A DNA stretch of 64,000 bases, taken from the NCBI RefSeq assembly GCF_009914755.1, contig NC_060933.1; one strand, 5' to 3'. Shown in pieces: positions 32,261 to 51,754 of the stretch. The position numbers and the translations under genes were made by a program. The notes beneath the pieces are model-generated. The model was not told where the DNA came from. It ran no database searches and saw only the letters and a program-made list of their open reading frames with translations. This DNA comes from the human T2T-CHM13v2.0 reference genome, Homo sapiens. Each line of letters starts with the position of its first letter. Position 1 is the first letter of the stretch.

Positions 32261-35200
32261 ATTAGTAACTTACATTTACCCACAGGTTCCTCTCATCCCA
32301 TTCTCCTGCCTTCCCTTTAGAATTGACATGTCCCAAAATTTGCACTTATTATTTATCATTGTCTTCCTTTATTACGATTCATTACACACACACACACACA
32401 CAGAGACACACAATTTGTCATTTAAGTGTATTTGGTTTCTGAATTCTATAAAAAGGGCAAGAGGGCTTTACTGTACAAGCTGTCCTCTGGGACTTGCTTT
32501 TGTGATTCCAAATTATTTAAAAAGATTATCCATGTGTTGTATGTGGCTATAGTTCATTCATTTTCACTCTGATTAATATTCCATAGGGTGATAACGCAAA
32601 TTTTCTTATTGGGTGGACTCAAAGAGTAGCAAAGAATGCAAAACCCTCACAAAGGCACCTCTGAAAAGCTGGCTCATGGCCTCACACCATGAAGTCATAC
32701 CCCAAAACAATCTATTTCTGATGTCAGTTGTGGCACCTTCATCTTTATAAAGTTAGGTCTATAGTTCTGTAGTTGGGTTTCTTATTTAAACACAACAGGA
32801 CAAAAGAAACAACAGGAATGCCTGGAATAGGGTTGGCCGGGAGAAGGGGAAGACTTAAGGGAGAATTTCAGCAGACACTGTGAACAAGATAACCTAGTAT
32901 CCCTTCCTTTCTTCCTTAGCTTGTTTCCACAGTAAAGCTAAACTCTGTGGAATAAAATCCTGTGGTCCCACAACGCACCCCACAATAACACATTCACAAG
33001 CAAGGGATGGCTCCCATGCTCTGCCCAGCTCCCGTCTGTGGGCTGAAGTTTTTTTCTTCTTCAGAAGGAAGGGTGTGTAACTAGGAAGTGACTTTGAGAC
33101 TTTCTCAGTTTAGTGGATGGCCAGCTGAATAAGTGTTTTAGTATTGTTACATAACAGTACATATGGACTTAAAAATATAATTTTTGTTCAACTCAAATCA
33201 ATGCAACCCTACATCCTGTGCAATTAACATTTTAGACCTCACTAAATATATTATGGCAGAGTTTTGCTGTGTTCATCTTCCCATGAACTAGGACTGGCCA
33301 GGTGACAGAATTCTGATCAATCAGACCTGAGCATGAGTCTGCTAGGGATGTTGGGAGAAAGTTTTTGTTCTTCTAAAAAAAAAAAAAAAAAAAAAGCATT
33401 CACAGCTGCTATCACATCCTCCCTCCCTCGGCCCTTTTATAGCAGCCTTAAAAGAGAATTTGCTGCCGGTAGCTATGGTGGCCAACTCACCCCCAAAGGC
33501 GAACAGATAAGAAAACTGCAGAAGCAGCAGTCCTGACATAATTGAGCCACTGAACTGAAGCCAGCAGCTGCCTACCCCCAGAATTCACATTATGCAAGAA
33601 AAATAAACATTTATATATTTAAGTCACTGTTAGTCAGAGTTTCTGTTACTTGCAGCCAAAAACATTACTGGGTAACACAGAGATGGACTAGATTTTCTGC
33701 TGAAGTGGGTGTAAAAGGGTTTGAGAATTGCGTGTTGGAACTCTACTTGTGGAGGAGAAACTATTTGAATATTCAAAACACTAAATATAACGTTAAACAT
33801 CCCAAGCACTTCTAGATGGGTAAACCAAGGCTCAAGGAAGGACAGTGATTTGCCCTGTGGTTTCCTAAGTATGGCAGGGAGAAGCCTCATGGAAAGGACT
33901 AATATGTGTGCACGTTTAAAAAATGGCAACTGAGGCTGAGGATGGCAAATATAGAAATCTCCCAATGCCCAGCTCTATAATTTCAGTTGTCTTATTCCCA
34001 ACTTAACTTTCAATTCACTAGACTTAGTTTTATCTCATTTTGCCTCCCACTTAACCAAAAGCATCTCCCACAGCCAAAAGTTCTGTCTCACTTTCATTAT
34101 CCTTTCCTGCCACAAAGCAACACCAACATCCCTGGACGGGAACCCTGTAAAACAGCTGTTTCAATTAAGTTAAATCACAAGTATTTGGAGAAAATTCTAA
34201 GTGTTGGTGATGGTTAGATGCTGTGTGTGAGGACTGACTCACTGTGCTTTCTTTTTTTTTTTTTTTTTCCTTTTACAAACATCCTTCCCCTCACAAACAA
34301 GTGCACACTATTCTGGAGAGTGTATTCTTGGAAGATAAGCAGCTAAGAAAGATAATCAAGAAAAGACACTTAGTAAGAAATGATCTCATCACTACAGGAA
34401 CAAATATGGAGTGCTTGGCTTTGTCCGTGGGAGGAAGAAACTGTCATCCCTCTCTCCCGGCATAGACCATGGCTGTGTATTTCCCTAATTAATTTCCTAT
34501 TGAATGGCCTGCACAAAGCTACTTTCTGTTGTCTCTTAACTCAGTCCCCAAAGTGCTGAAGAAAATCTTATACTACTTAATTACCACAGCAAAAGTGATG
34601 GAGATCCTTAGTAGCACCGATAATACAGACATTAAGGTTTGGATTACTGCTTTGGAACATTGCTGTTAATGAAACAGTGGTTTGCTAGACTGCAACCATT
34701 CGCCAAATCACAAGGAACAAACTTCTACATGTGAACACTGTTGTTGGTATCTGTGTTGGAGAAGGAGTTGGCAATGGTGAGTTATACCTCAAAATTTTGG
34801 AAGTAATGAAATTGTATGAGATAGAGTACAAAGTCCACACTAAATGGATGGGAGCCAAAGGCATCTCGTAGAGAGAATGGTTCTAAGCCAGTAAGACGAA
34901 ACAGTTGGGAGAACAAGGATAACAACAAATCCTTAGAAATGGTGTCAATCAGGAGAAAAGATGATCTGGAAAGGAGGCATAAACAGAGTTACAATGACAA
35001 GAATTGAATTGCACAAGCAGATTTGATCAGGGGAGAGAAGTCTTGTCTAGTGGACCTTCAATATTACTATTTTACTGGCATATTCCTATATGGAGATGAA
35101 GACATCAAACTAATGTAGTCTGATGTCATTTAAAGATCATCTACCATCCCTTTTTCTGATTTGATGCTCAAGAGCCAAATTATTGATAATATGGTTGTCT

Positions 35201-35774
35201 GTGGAAATCTTCAAATAGAGAGAAGACATGCCAACATAAATATTTCAGACCACAAGACAGGGATAGTTCCAAATATAAGTTAATTAAACAGGATTAGAAT
35301 TTTCTGGTTTTATACACCAGTATCTGCCAGATTGGTTAGGATGAATCTGCCTCTGAAAATGCACCTACTTTCAGTGGCTGAAAACCCAGTTTTATAGACC
35401 TGTGAGACTGAGAACTGGTCCTGCACTGTGGCAAACTTAACATGGTACACCACCGTGTGAGGCATCCTCATGTGGCTATGTCCAATCCTCACCAGTTGTC
35501 TTCCTGGTGCAGTTCTATCTTTAGTAAATATGGAATATGCGGAACCAAGTTAATAGAGCTGGATCCTAGGGCTCTTACATTTCCTTGCTCAAGTCTTTCA
35601 AGAGGCTATGATTTCTGCCTTAATTAAAGCCATGCTCTCATGTCAGAAGGATACATTAGCAAATGGTATGATTAGGCTAGAGCTTGAATGGGCATCTATT
35701 TCATCCTCTTGACTTCAATTAAATAATCAACCTGTTTTCTTCCAAACTCCACAGAAAGGAAAGATGTCCATCAA

Positions 35775-35894
35775 GAACCCCCTGAAGGGAGATGACATTT
35801 TTTATTTCAATCTGGAACCCCTTGAAGGCAGATAACATTTTTTATTTCAACTTGGAACCCCCTGAAGGCAGATGACATTTTTGATTTCAATTTG
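35775..35894. repeat. Minisatellite, 3 x 40 bp
   Basis: GAACCCCCTGAAGGCAGATGACATTTTTTATTTCAAYYTG at 35775, 35815 and 35855. Confidence 0.93.
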
Positions 35895-37344
35895 AAGGGG
35901 CAAAATTGAAAGACATCTGAACATACAAAAGACAGCAGCTTGAGATTCTTTTGCTGAAGCCACCTGTCCCACCATACATTGTGAAAAATAGAGGATGGGT
36001 AAACATTTGAACTTGAGTTATTCATTGCTCTAGTCACCGAGGGATGGGAAACAGCAATGAAAAAAACAAGGTGGTACATAGATAGGACTGCAGTCAGGGA
36101 GTAATAATGCTGAGCTGAGTTCTAGTGCAGTGACTACAGTGGGGCAGAACCTCTGGCCATCTCTTCGCCTTAGTCCTCTCCTTTGCCAAAAAAGAGTGCT
36201 CAACTCTCTGAGATCTAAAAAGTCCCTTCTCGTGCATTCTATAATGCCAGAAGAGAAGGAAGGAAACTGCTGCCTGGTAAGAGCACTTGGTTTTGGCACT
36301 TCCTGCAACATAATTCCTCAAATCCCCAAGAGGTTTGCAGATGAGTCCTGAGGTGGCTGAACATCTAATTGGACCAGGCTTCCCTAATAAAAACCCCAGC
36401 CATTCATTCCTGCCAAGGTAGTGTTTTTACTCCCATTGCAAAATGTGTGGATAAGGAAGGTGATGACTAATTTGTATCATTTGGGAACTACAGATCTTGG
36501 CACCTGATCTTGCTTTAAGGTGAGGGAGTCCCATCTTTAGCTGAAGATGTTTGCAGAGTTATCATTCTCAAATATTGTTATTTATGCTGGTCATCCACTG
36601 AGGACACAGAGACTTCAACTGACTGCATGATCACTAAACAACAAGAATCTATTGATGCTGATGGCCTCTGGGTAAGGACCTGAAACAATGGCAGGGGGTC
36701 TGTGAAAGGGAAAGAAAATTGAGATGTATGGTTAATGTAGGAGGTAAGGGTGTACCAAGAGGCCTCAGGAGGGATCTGCAGCAGAAAGCCTTCACTGAGA
36801 GAACCTATGGAGTTAAGCACCTATTCCCTAAGTTGCCCCTGCAGGGTTCACCTGCAAAGCTAACAGCAACATTTTCTATAGCAATCTTGTTATAGGAAAA
36901 GCACCAACCCCAAACAGTAGATATGACATCTAAGCAAGCTTTGTTGGCAAAGGAATTCCTACAATTTACTAACTTATCTTGCTTTATGTGGGTAAATAAA
37001 AAAATTAAGCCAAGTCTAGGAGTCAGTTAATCTTTGAGTATAGACATATATTGGAATTCATTTTCTTCCCAGCGTAAAGACAAGAAGGTATTGAAAAGGA
37101 GACCTTGCATGAGATACCTATGACCCAGAAGTACAATAAACTTGAGACAAACACTGCCCTGAATTTGCAGAGCAACATCACATGTAGACATACAAACATA
37201 TGTACATATACGTGTGTATATTAAGAGGATAACATGTGCTTAAAGACAAAGTGATTTTCCCAGCATGGAAAAAAAATAAATTCTCAGCATGAAAAGCAAA
37301 CGAGACTATAGCAAGAGTCCCTTGCAGAAACAAAATTGTTATTC

Positions 37345-37654
37345 TTTTTTTTTTTTTTTTTTTTTTTTGAGACAGAGTCTCACTCTGTCACCCAGGCTAG
37401 AGCATAGGGGTGCAGTCTCCGCTCACTGCAACCTCTGCCCTTGGAGTTCAAGCCATTCTCCTGCCTCAGCCTCCTGAGTAGCTGGGATTATAGGCACGTG
37501 CCACTGTTCCTGGCTAAATTTTTTTTGTATTTTTAGTAGAGACGAGGTTTCACCGTATCTTGGCCAGGCTGGTCTTGAACTCCTGATCTTGTGATTCACC
37601 CGCCTCGGCCTCCCAAAGTGCTGGGATTACAGGCATGAGCCACCATGCCCAGCC
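37345..37654 (-). mobile_element. AluS
   Basis: Perfect TSD AAAATTGTTATTCTT (37332-37346 / 37655-37669). Confidence 0.95.
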
Positions 37655-38819
37655 AAAATTGTTATTCTTAAAGGGATCAGATAATAGGTATAACCACCTA
37701 CCATATTTTAATTCAAAAATAACTAACGTGTTCGAAGTTTTGGAGCTTTCTGGGATAATGCAAGTGAGCATTCAATGGGCCATCTGGTCAGTGAATGCCT
37801 TCTGGCCCAAGCTGACTGCACCTAAGTTGATGGAAATCCTTTTATAGATTTTGCTGTTCCTCCATGTTATATCACACAAGGACCTATGATGGCAAAGGCC
37901 TAACCCTATAAAGTGAGACATAATGATGACCTACAGATTGAAGAGGGGGTGGCTTTCACTTTGGAAGTGATGGATATTACTCACCAATATAAAGTAAATG
38001 TGGCAGATGAAAGAAAAGGGAATAGGTTCCTCGCCTGCAGGATTCAATGAATGGACAAAGCTGCTCTGCCAATGAGCTAAATGACTCCAGATAGCTTGGC
38101 AAGCCTCTAGCAGAATAATCTATCTATAAAAGGCATGAAAAAATAGAGTGTGAATTTTAATTTTGGGACACACTTTATGTCTAACGAACCTGAAAAAATG
38201 AGAAGTGATTGGGTTGTGGACATCAGCCCTTTTTAGTATTTTATACGTGCATTACTTTTTAACAAAATACACAATTAAACCTCATTAGTGCTTTCTGTCT
38301 AGGCATTTTAGGAGGAAAAATGTTTCTCTCTGTTACCCTGAACTTCAAGAAACTCAAGATACTTTGTTTTGTTTTACTATGGCCATGGCAATATATGAAC
38401 TTTTTAAAGTATGTATTTGGGCTTTGTCTATCTCCAGTTACATGGTATGAATCACTATAATGCTTACTTGAATTTTTTCTAATTTAACAAGTTGACAACC
38501 ATGGAGCCTAGCCTAGTATTCTCAGCAGTCTTTGATAAATATCTGCTGCATTAACCATATAATCTTCTTGCCTGCTTATGATTAAAACACAATATTTTGA
38601 ATGGCTGTCCCTAGGTCTGACCTTCAGGGGAAAAAATGCAGGAATGTAAAGGAACCTTCAAAAGTCTCTTTCTAGAGGAATGCATTCCATTCTTCAAAGA
38701 TACTCAGTATTTTACAGCTGGAGGCATCTCAAATTATCCATTCTAACTTCTTCATTCTACAGATGAAAATGAAGCTAGGTTATGACATTTGTAAACAGGA
38801 ACATTATCAGGCCACCCTT

Positions 38820-41340
38820 ATTTTCTAATACAAAGTATTCCTTTTAAATGTTCTTTTATCAAAGTAATACTTGAACATTAAAATAGTATAAAATAGTTCT
38901 ACCATTCCACCCCTGCACAACCCTAATTCTGCTACCTAGAAGATCATTCTCTTAAATACTTAACCCTAAATGATATGCCAATAACTGTTGGCCTTGATTT
39001 CTTGATTTCAGAAATCATTCACTGACTTCTCACTAAGAGAGATAAGGATTTGGTTCACTTCAACTACCCTCTTTCTACTTCAGAATTTTATAGCATTTTA
39101 CTCTTATTACTTCTTATAGTGCTTTGTAGTATTAAATAATCTACTAGAACATCTTGTGTTTTATTTTATCAATATGCTACGGTTTTGCTTGCTTCTGTAC
39201 TTGAGACTGTTCCTGCCCAATTCTTCTCTGTCTTTCCAAACTCCAATTCCTGTCCCTGAATGTTCACATTTACATTATGTTCTAAAACCATAATTTTATA
39301 TTGTTTTACATTTATATATATATTCTTTTACGTTTCTAATTAACTGATTTTTAGAGATAAAATAAACAACCACTACTGTGTATTAATTGTTCACATAAAA
39401 CCAATTATATTCTAGGATTACATTTGCTTTCTATGCGTATCTAAAGAGGTAACTATTGTACCATACAAAGATGAATGATCCTAGAATCTAGGATGAATCA
39501 AATCTCTTCTGCTGTATCAGGGCCTCAAAATCATGCCACATTTTAGTTTGCTTCATAGTTTGACCATTACCTTTCTATATAGATTTTTGTTTTTCCTGGA
39601 GTTAGTAATAATATTTTCTTTTTCAGAAAAGAGTTGCTTGATTTCTTTGCTATATTTCATAGCCTTCCTTTTCTAATGCTTAGAAATCATTGCATTCTTC
39701 TTGAAGATATTCTTGGAGCTCATTTAATTCCCATATAAAATAGCTGAGTTGCTTTCAAGGATTATTGAAATGTCTGTCAGCCTGTGATTTCATTTCACTG
39801 GACTCCATATCATTCAGTACCCAGTCAAGAAAACAGAAACCACTCTAGATAATTAAAGCATGAAGGGATTCCATCCAGGTAATTTATCACAAAAGTATTA
39901 GAAGGATATGAGGAGCAAAGGGTGGTCAGTGGTATTCCCCAGGGGCAATAACTGCAAGAGCCACCACCACCCTTGCAGGAACTTGTGAGCTCATGCTTCC
40001 CTTTTCCACCAAGAAGCTCGTAAGCCTCTAATCCCCTTGATGCTGTGGGAACACATATTTCCACGGATGCTGTTGGAAGTCCTGCCAATGTGGCTAGTAC
40101 AGTTGCGCTAATGCCTCTGAAGCCACTGCCAAAATCAGAAGGTGTTTTACCTCCTCTCTACCTTCTGATTTCATTCAAAATCCTCCCACTGCATGAAACA
40201 AACCAGAATCCAGCTGGCAATGGAGTCTCAGAAAGGTAGTTTTCAGGCTCCTGGCCCCAGCAGTAAAAGTACAGAAGATCAGTGTGTGGCTGAGCACCAG
40301 CAGAAAATGTTTGGAACAGATTCTTTAATTAGTTCCATCATTTTTTATGGCTTACATCTTCTTTTTGTTTGTTTGTTTACTTTAAGAACTTTTAATTCCT
40401 CAACTAAGTTCTTGAAAAGTATGCCTGGAAGGTAAACATTCTATATTTGCATGTTGAAAAATCTTTGTATTTTGTCCTCACATTTGGTTGATAGTACAGA
40501 ATTATAGATTCAAGTACAGAATTCTAGGTTCAAAATCATTTTCACACAAAATTGGAAGGCAATAGTTGCTGTCTTCTATAAACTTGTATACCTATCAACA
40601 AGTCTGTTACCAGCCTGGTTCTCATTCCAGGGTTATTAACTGTTTTTCTCTTGAAACAAACAAACAAACAGAGAAACAAAAAAAAAAATCCCTCAAAACC
40701 AATTCTTCCTCAAACCGTATCTTAAGTGTACTCACTTCTCTCACCCTAGGGACATCCACCATCACTCTGGAACTGATCCACTAAATCTCTCAATTGGTTT
40801 ATTGCAATAGCTTCCTAACTGCCTTCTGTTTCCACTCTTTGGCCTCTCAAAAATACATTTCCACAGAGCAGCCAAAGTTATCTTTTGAAAATGTTTATGA
40901 GCTAATGCCATCCTCATAAATTAGAATGATTCAATGGCTTCCTATATCAATTAGCTTTCACTGCACAACAAATCACTCCAAAATTCGGGGGCCTAAAACA
41001 ACAAATATTTCTTACAATTGTATGGACCAATGGGAAGTGTTTCTTGGCTAGTTGAGTTGTAATTGGACCTGGATGGTCTAAGAGAGTCTTACCCATGTGT
41101 CTGGCAGGTGGTAGACCAGTTGATCTGAAAGGGAGGGGGGGGTGGTGGTGTCTAAGTTGAAGTGGCTCATCATTTTTTTGTGCGGCTAACTTACCTTCTT
41201 CACATGGCAGTGTCAGGGTTCCCAAGACAACTAAAAAGAGAAAGTCTTAGTGTACAAGTACTCTTCAAGTTATTGTTAGCATTACACTTACTAATGTCTC
41301 ATTGGCTCATGCAAATCATGTGGACAAAGTGTCATCAGTT
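38820..41340. mobile_element. Mosaic of ancient repeats: L1M fragments (-), an old LTR (~39805-40320), L2 (~40700-40945), MLT1 LTR (~40945-41340)
   Basis: Degenerate family motifs, e.g. GAATTCTAGGTTCAAAATCATTTTC (L1M), TAGCTTCCTAACTG..CCACAGAGCAGCCAAAG (L2); boundaries approximate. Confidence 0.5.
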
Positions 41341-42082
41341 AAAGAAATATACAACTGTAGTTTATGCAGATTTAAGAAATGAAGTGGAAGTTGAATGCAA
41401 TAAAACATTATTCTCTCAGTGGATGGATAGCTCTTTTACTAGAGATTTTTCCAGACAATTCTAGCCTTCATTTACTTCAATAAACCATCATTGTATGTCT
41501 ACTCTGTGCTAAGTGCTAAATAAATAAATATAACTAAGACATAATCTCTGAATTTAGGAGGCCCCTGGGGTGAGGCAGTCATACACAAGTAATCTGTGAT
41601 TAAGATAATTGAAGGAATCTACCTGAATTGAGAAAGACACAAATGTGCAAATTGAAAGAGCTCACCACATCATATTTTAGTAGAACCACCAACCCACACT
41701 GAGACAAACTCTGGCAAAATTTCTGAATGGTAAATATAAGGAACAAAAACTTTTTAAGCATAAGAAAAATTAAAGACAGGAATCATCAAAGGAGAAAGAT
41801 TACAAGCTGACCTCACATTTCTCTGAAACATTATATACAAGAATTCATGAGTAGTATCATGAACAGTTTTTAAAAGGTAATGTCCTAAAAAATTTCCCCC
41901 AAATTGTCTCTGTCTTTAAAGAAAAATGACCTGTTTCAGGGACTTCCTTTTAAAAAGAAAAATTATTTAAGTAAAAAATCTAGTTAATAGAGAAATGAAT
42001 TCATACTAGGAATTCTAAAATAGAGAATTCAAGTTATGAAAAGGCTTGAAGGCCATACTTTCCTGTTTAGGCTATAGATTCA

Positions 42083-45480
<3,398 letters not shown>

Positions 45481-45647
45481 GAAATTAATTAAATTAATTC
45501 AAGAATCCAGTTGGATTATATTTGTATATGTCAAGTGGATACTATAGCCTGGGGAAATGTTTGACCCTGTATTTAGGTATTGTTCTCGTTCAGCTAGTCT
45601 TTATTTCTTTTTCTGCTCTTTTCTCAATTAGAAGAAATATTTTCATA

Positions 45648-48257
<2,610 letters not shown>

Positions 48258-48656
48258 CAGAGGGCATATCTTAGCATGTTTTATGTATGCTTAAAACAAT
48301 TGGTGGAGCCCATCCAAAATGGCTAAATGATTTACATAATTTATACATTGCTTGGATGATTAATTGACAACTTTTTTTTCCTGTTACACTAACGCAGAAT
48401 TGCATTCAGTCATTCATTCATTAATCCCTTCATTCATATATCAATTTATTCAATAGATAGTTATTAGGTGCCTTTATTTGCCACACACTGTATTATACAT
48501 TGATAATATAACAATGTATATTGTAAAATAACAGAGAGTTACTTCTTTTATAAGATTTGTGTATGTGAATAAAATAAGAAAAATACTGTAAAGTCAATTT
48601 TTATTGCTAATTATCTGAATCAACTATAGAGTTTATATTTTTAAAATACATGTTGA

Positions 48657-48700
48657 ATTCACTGGTTTCTCTTCAGATCGAATAAATCTTTCGCCTTTTA
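48657..48700 (+). pseudogene. RNU5: 3'-truncated (tailless) U5 snRNA retropseudogene
   Basis: ATTCACTGGTTTCTCTTCAGATCGAATAAATCTTTCGCCTTTTA matches U5 nt 1-44 as I recall them, with 3 mismatches; flanked by direct repeat AAAATACATGTTGAA (48643-48657 / 48700-48714). Confidence 0.9.
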
Positions 48701-49486
48701 AAATACATGTTGAAGGACTTGAGCAATTGGAGATTTTGACTGGCATATATTTTCTGTCACCAAAACTCTCTTCATAATATCTTCTAGCTAAGACCTATTA
48801 ATGTTCTTATGCAAAAATAAATGCATAGAGAAAATGGCAGTGAGAAAACCTTCTAAAATATTAAAAGTGATTACCTCAGGAGAGTGAAAAAGCAGATTTT
48901 TTTCCTTTTACTTTCTGAATTTACCAAATGATCTATAATTGGCACAAATTTTCATAATAGTGTATCCGTGGAGGTAACTATAGCTCCTGGTACAGGAAAA
49001 AATGTCAGTAGTTTGTCACAACATAAGTTGTTTATTGCTCATATCACAGTCCACTGAAGTTGCTCCTGATTGTATGTCTTTTTTCTTTAAGTCTGATTCA
49101 GACACTCAGAGCTGCTCCATTTTGTGGCTCTGCAATCTTCAATAAGCCACTCCCAAGTTTTCCCTGGGAGTTTTGCTTATCCTGTTTTCCAGAAGGAAAA
49201 AAAGATGCTCCTCTGGGAGGAGTGCATGGAAGTCATCTGTATCACTTTTACCCACATTCCCATGGGCCAAATCTCAGTCACTTGGCCACACTCAGCTGTA
49301 AGGAAAACTGGAAAATGTAGGCTAGTTGTGTGACCCATGTGAAGAAAAAACAGGGCTGGTGAACACATGGAAGGTCTTGGCCCTAATCTGCTCCTCTGTT
49401 CCATTTGGAGCAATTTACTCCCATTCCCATGCATAGAACACCCTTACCCTTCCCCAGAGATGACTTGGAGAGACCGCTCAATGTCC

Positions 49487-49567
49487 CAACCAACCACAGC
49501 ATCCATTTCAAAGCAACCAACCACAGCATCCATTTCAAAGCAACCAACCACAGCATCCATTTCAAAG
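49487..49567. repeat. Perfect 3 x 27-bp tandem repeat
   Basis: CAACCAACCACAGCATCCATTTCAAAG x3, identical copies. Confidence 0.97.
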
Positions 49568-50509
49568 CCCTGTGTCTCCATAAAATGCACAGCCCATGCC
49601 ATCCTTCCAGATGTGGCTCCTCATGGTCCAGGGACCTTTGAATTAGAAAGACAAGTTATATTCCTTTGCCTCTCATCCCAACAAACCCATTCAGTGGGCC
49701 AGGGAAAGGGTAACAGCAATAAATACTCCACATAGACGGTGGATGAATAGAGACACACACTGCAGACTGATATCTGGCAATAATATACTCCTGCTGGGTT
49801 GTCATTGTGAGGTTCTGGTTCCCCGGCAGGATGCTCAGTCCTTGATTCCACCGTGGTTCTGCCCTCTGGGAGAAGCTGTTTCAGCCATTGCTCCTAGAAT
49901 CTGGCTCTTCTGAGAAATTCTTTATTGTTCATTCTTCTGCCAGACCATTTTCAAAGTCACTATTGAGAAGAAAACCCTCCTTGGAGGCTATACATATACA
50001 GTTTAAACAGCAAAATTCAAGCTGATATAAATTCAGGGTCCTGAAGTATGTTTTAAGTCTCAAATAGTTAAGTTTTTTTTCTGTGCAGACTTATGGTTTT
50101 GTTGGCAATCACTGTGCCATAAAAAACATAGTCAGCTTCTGGTATATATGCTTTCATCCAGTTTTGTGTACCAGTAACCACAACCAAGGTTATTTCCTAA
50201 ATGTTATTTTCAGAACTAAATTATTTCTGTGTTTTATCAACCCCACTATGCCTCTCTCACATCAGTGGTGACTTTCTTGTGCTATCTGGGATTATGGTAG
50301 CGGCAGGAAGGCCACATCTTCCACCTGATTTTTGCCACAAGACTGAGTCTTATTGGGCCTTTGATGTATAAATTTGTTTCATGCTTATCTCTTTCTATTT
50401 GTGGCCTAAAGAAAACAGCTTCTCCAACCTTTTGGTGCCCCAAATTCCTAGACTTTCTAATCCCTTTTATCATGCTTGAAAACTGCTCAATTCCATCCTA
50501 AAGTTATCT

Positions 50510-50905
50510 CCTTTTATTTATTATTATTGCAGTAAAGTATTCATAACATAAAATTTATCTTATTTATTTTTAAATATATTCATATTGTTGTACAACCACC
50601 ACCGTCCATCTATCCACAGAACTCTTTATCACCCCAAATGAAATTCTGCACCCATTAAACAATAATTCCCCATTTCCGCCTCCCTCTAATCCCCTGGAAA
50701 CCACCATCATTCTACATTCTGTCTCTATCAATTTGATGACTTTGGGTATCTCATGTCAGTGGAATCATACAATATTTGTCCTTTAGTGTCTGGCTTAGTT
50801 CACTTAACTTTATGTCTTCCAGGTTCATCCATGTTGTAGCATATGCCAGAATTTCCTTCCTTTTAAAGGCTGAATAATATTTCATTGTGTTTATATACCA
50901 CATTG
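50510..50905 (-). mobile_element. L1MB-like 3' fragment
   Basis: CATAACATAAAATTTA...CCCCTGGAAACCACC...GGAATCATACAATATTTGTCC...TTTAAAGGCTGAATAATATT. Confidence 0.85.
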
Positions 50906-50988
50906 ATATATCGATGGCCCATGTTTAAAATTTTGTTATAAATTAGTATCCCATTTGGTATCACTTACTTTGCTTCTGAAGACAACTC

Positions 50989-51185
50989 TTTGGAGCCTGT
51001 CAGAGGGTGGAGGGTGGGAGGAGGGAAAGCATCAGGTAGAATAGCTAATGGTTGCTGGGCTTAATACCTAGGTGATGGGATGATCTGTGCAGACAACCAC
51101 CATGGCCCACGTTTACCTGTGTAACAAACCTGCACATCCTGCACATGTACCCCTGAACTTAAAATAAAAATTGAAAAAAAAAAAA
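50989..51185 (+). mobile_element. Short 5'-truncated L1PA (8-12-like) 3' end
   Basis: L1PA 3'UTR plus A-tail; TSD AAGACAACTC (50979-50988 / 51184-51193). Confidence 0.9.
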
Positions 51186-51224
51186 GACAACTCCAGAGGT
51201 TGTAATAGATAAAATATCAATGGC

Positions 51225-51754
51225 TGTCAGTGAGTTCCCCCAGAAGCAGAGGCTGTTAAGGACCTGAGTGCTGGTAATTCATTTGGGAGGTGAGCTCAGA
51301 AGGCAAGAATGAAGGAATAAGGAGACAAAGACAGGGAAGAAGGGAGACATGGTATAAAGTGTGCTACAGAGGTCACTGCTGTGGGTTCAACTCTGCAGAG
51401 ATTCCTGAGGAGTACATAGAATGCCTTCAAGAATTGTGTACCTGAATGGTAGAGATTGGAGCATTTACCCACTCACTCCTATCCCCACTGGTTGAGTGCT
51501 GCCCCTGGAGATGATAATGTTCTTGCTTGTCCGTGATGCATTTGCTTGTGAGCAGGCCAAGCCTATTTCTGCAAGGTAGAGAAGACCATGAGGCAAAAAG
51601 TAGGGGATGCACATGGCATACTAGAAGTGGGACACTGTCAACACCAAATCTGTCCAAGTTATTACAGAATTCTTCACCTCAGCTACAGCTGAAATCAGAC
51701 GCAAGCTGAGGGGATGTAAGAATGTGACATATGGTACTGGAAGTGTCTGCTACA
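51225..51754 (-). mobile_element. LTR33-like ERVL LTR
   Basis: GTTCCCCCAGAAGCAGA...ATTTGGGAGGTGA...GGAAGTGTCTGCTACA. Confidence 0.7.

Noticed and set aside
34600-35260. Purine-rich, coding-like stretch, possibly an ancient LINE or pseudogene
   Set aside because: I could not assign it to any family or reading frame by eye; needs a Dfam or tblastx search.
35775-35894. Regularly spaced repeats as a CRISPR-like array
   Set aside because: Head-to-tail units with no unique spacers, in eukaryotic DNA.
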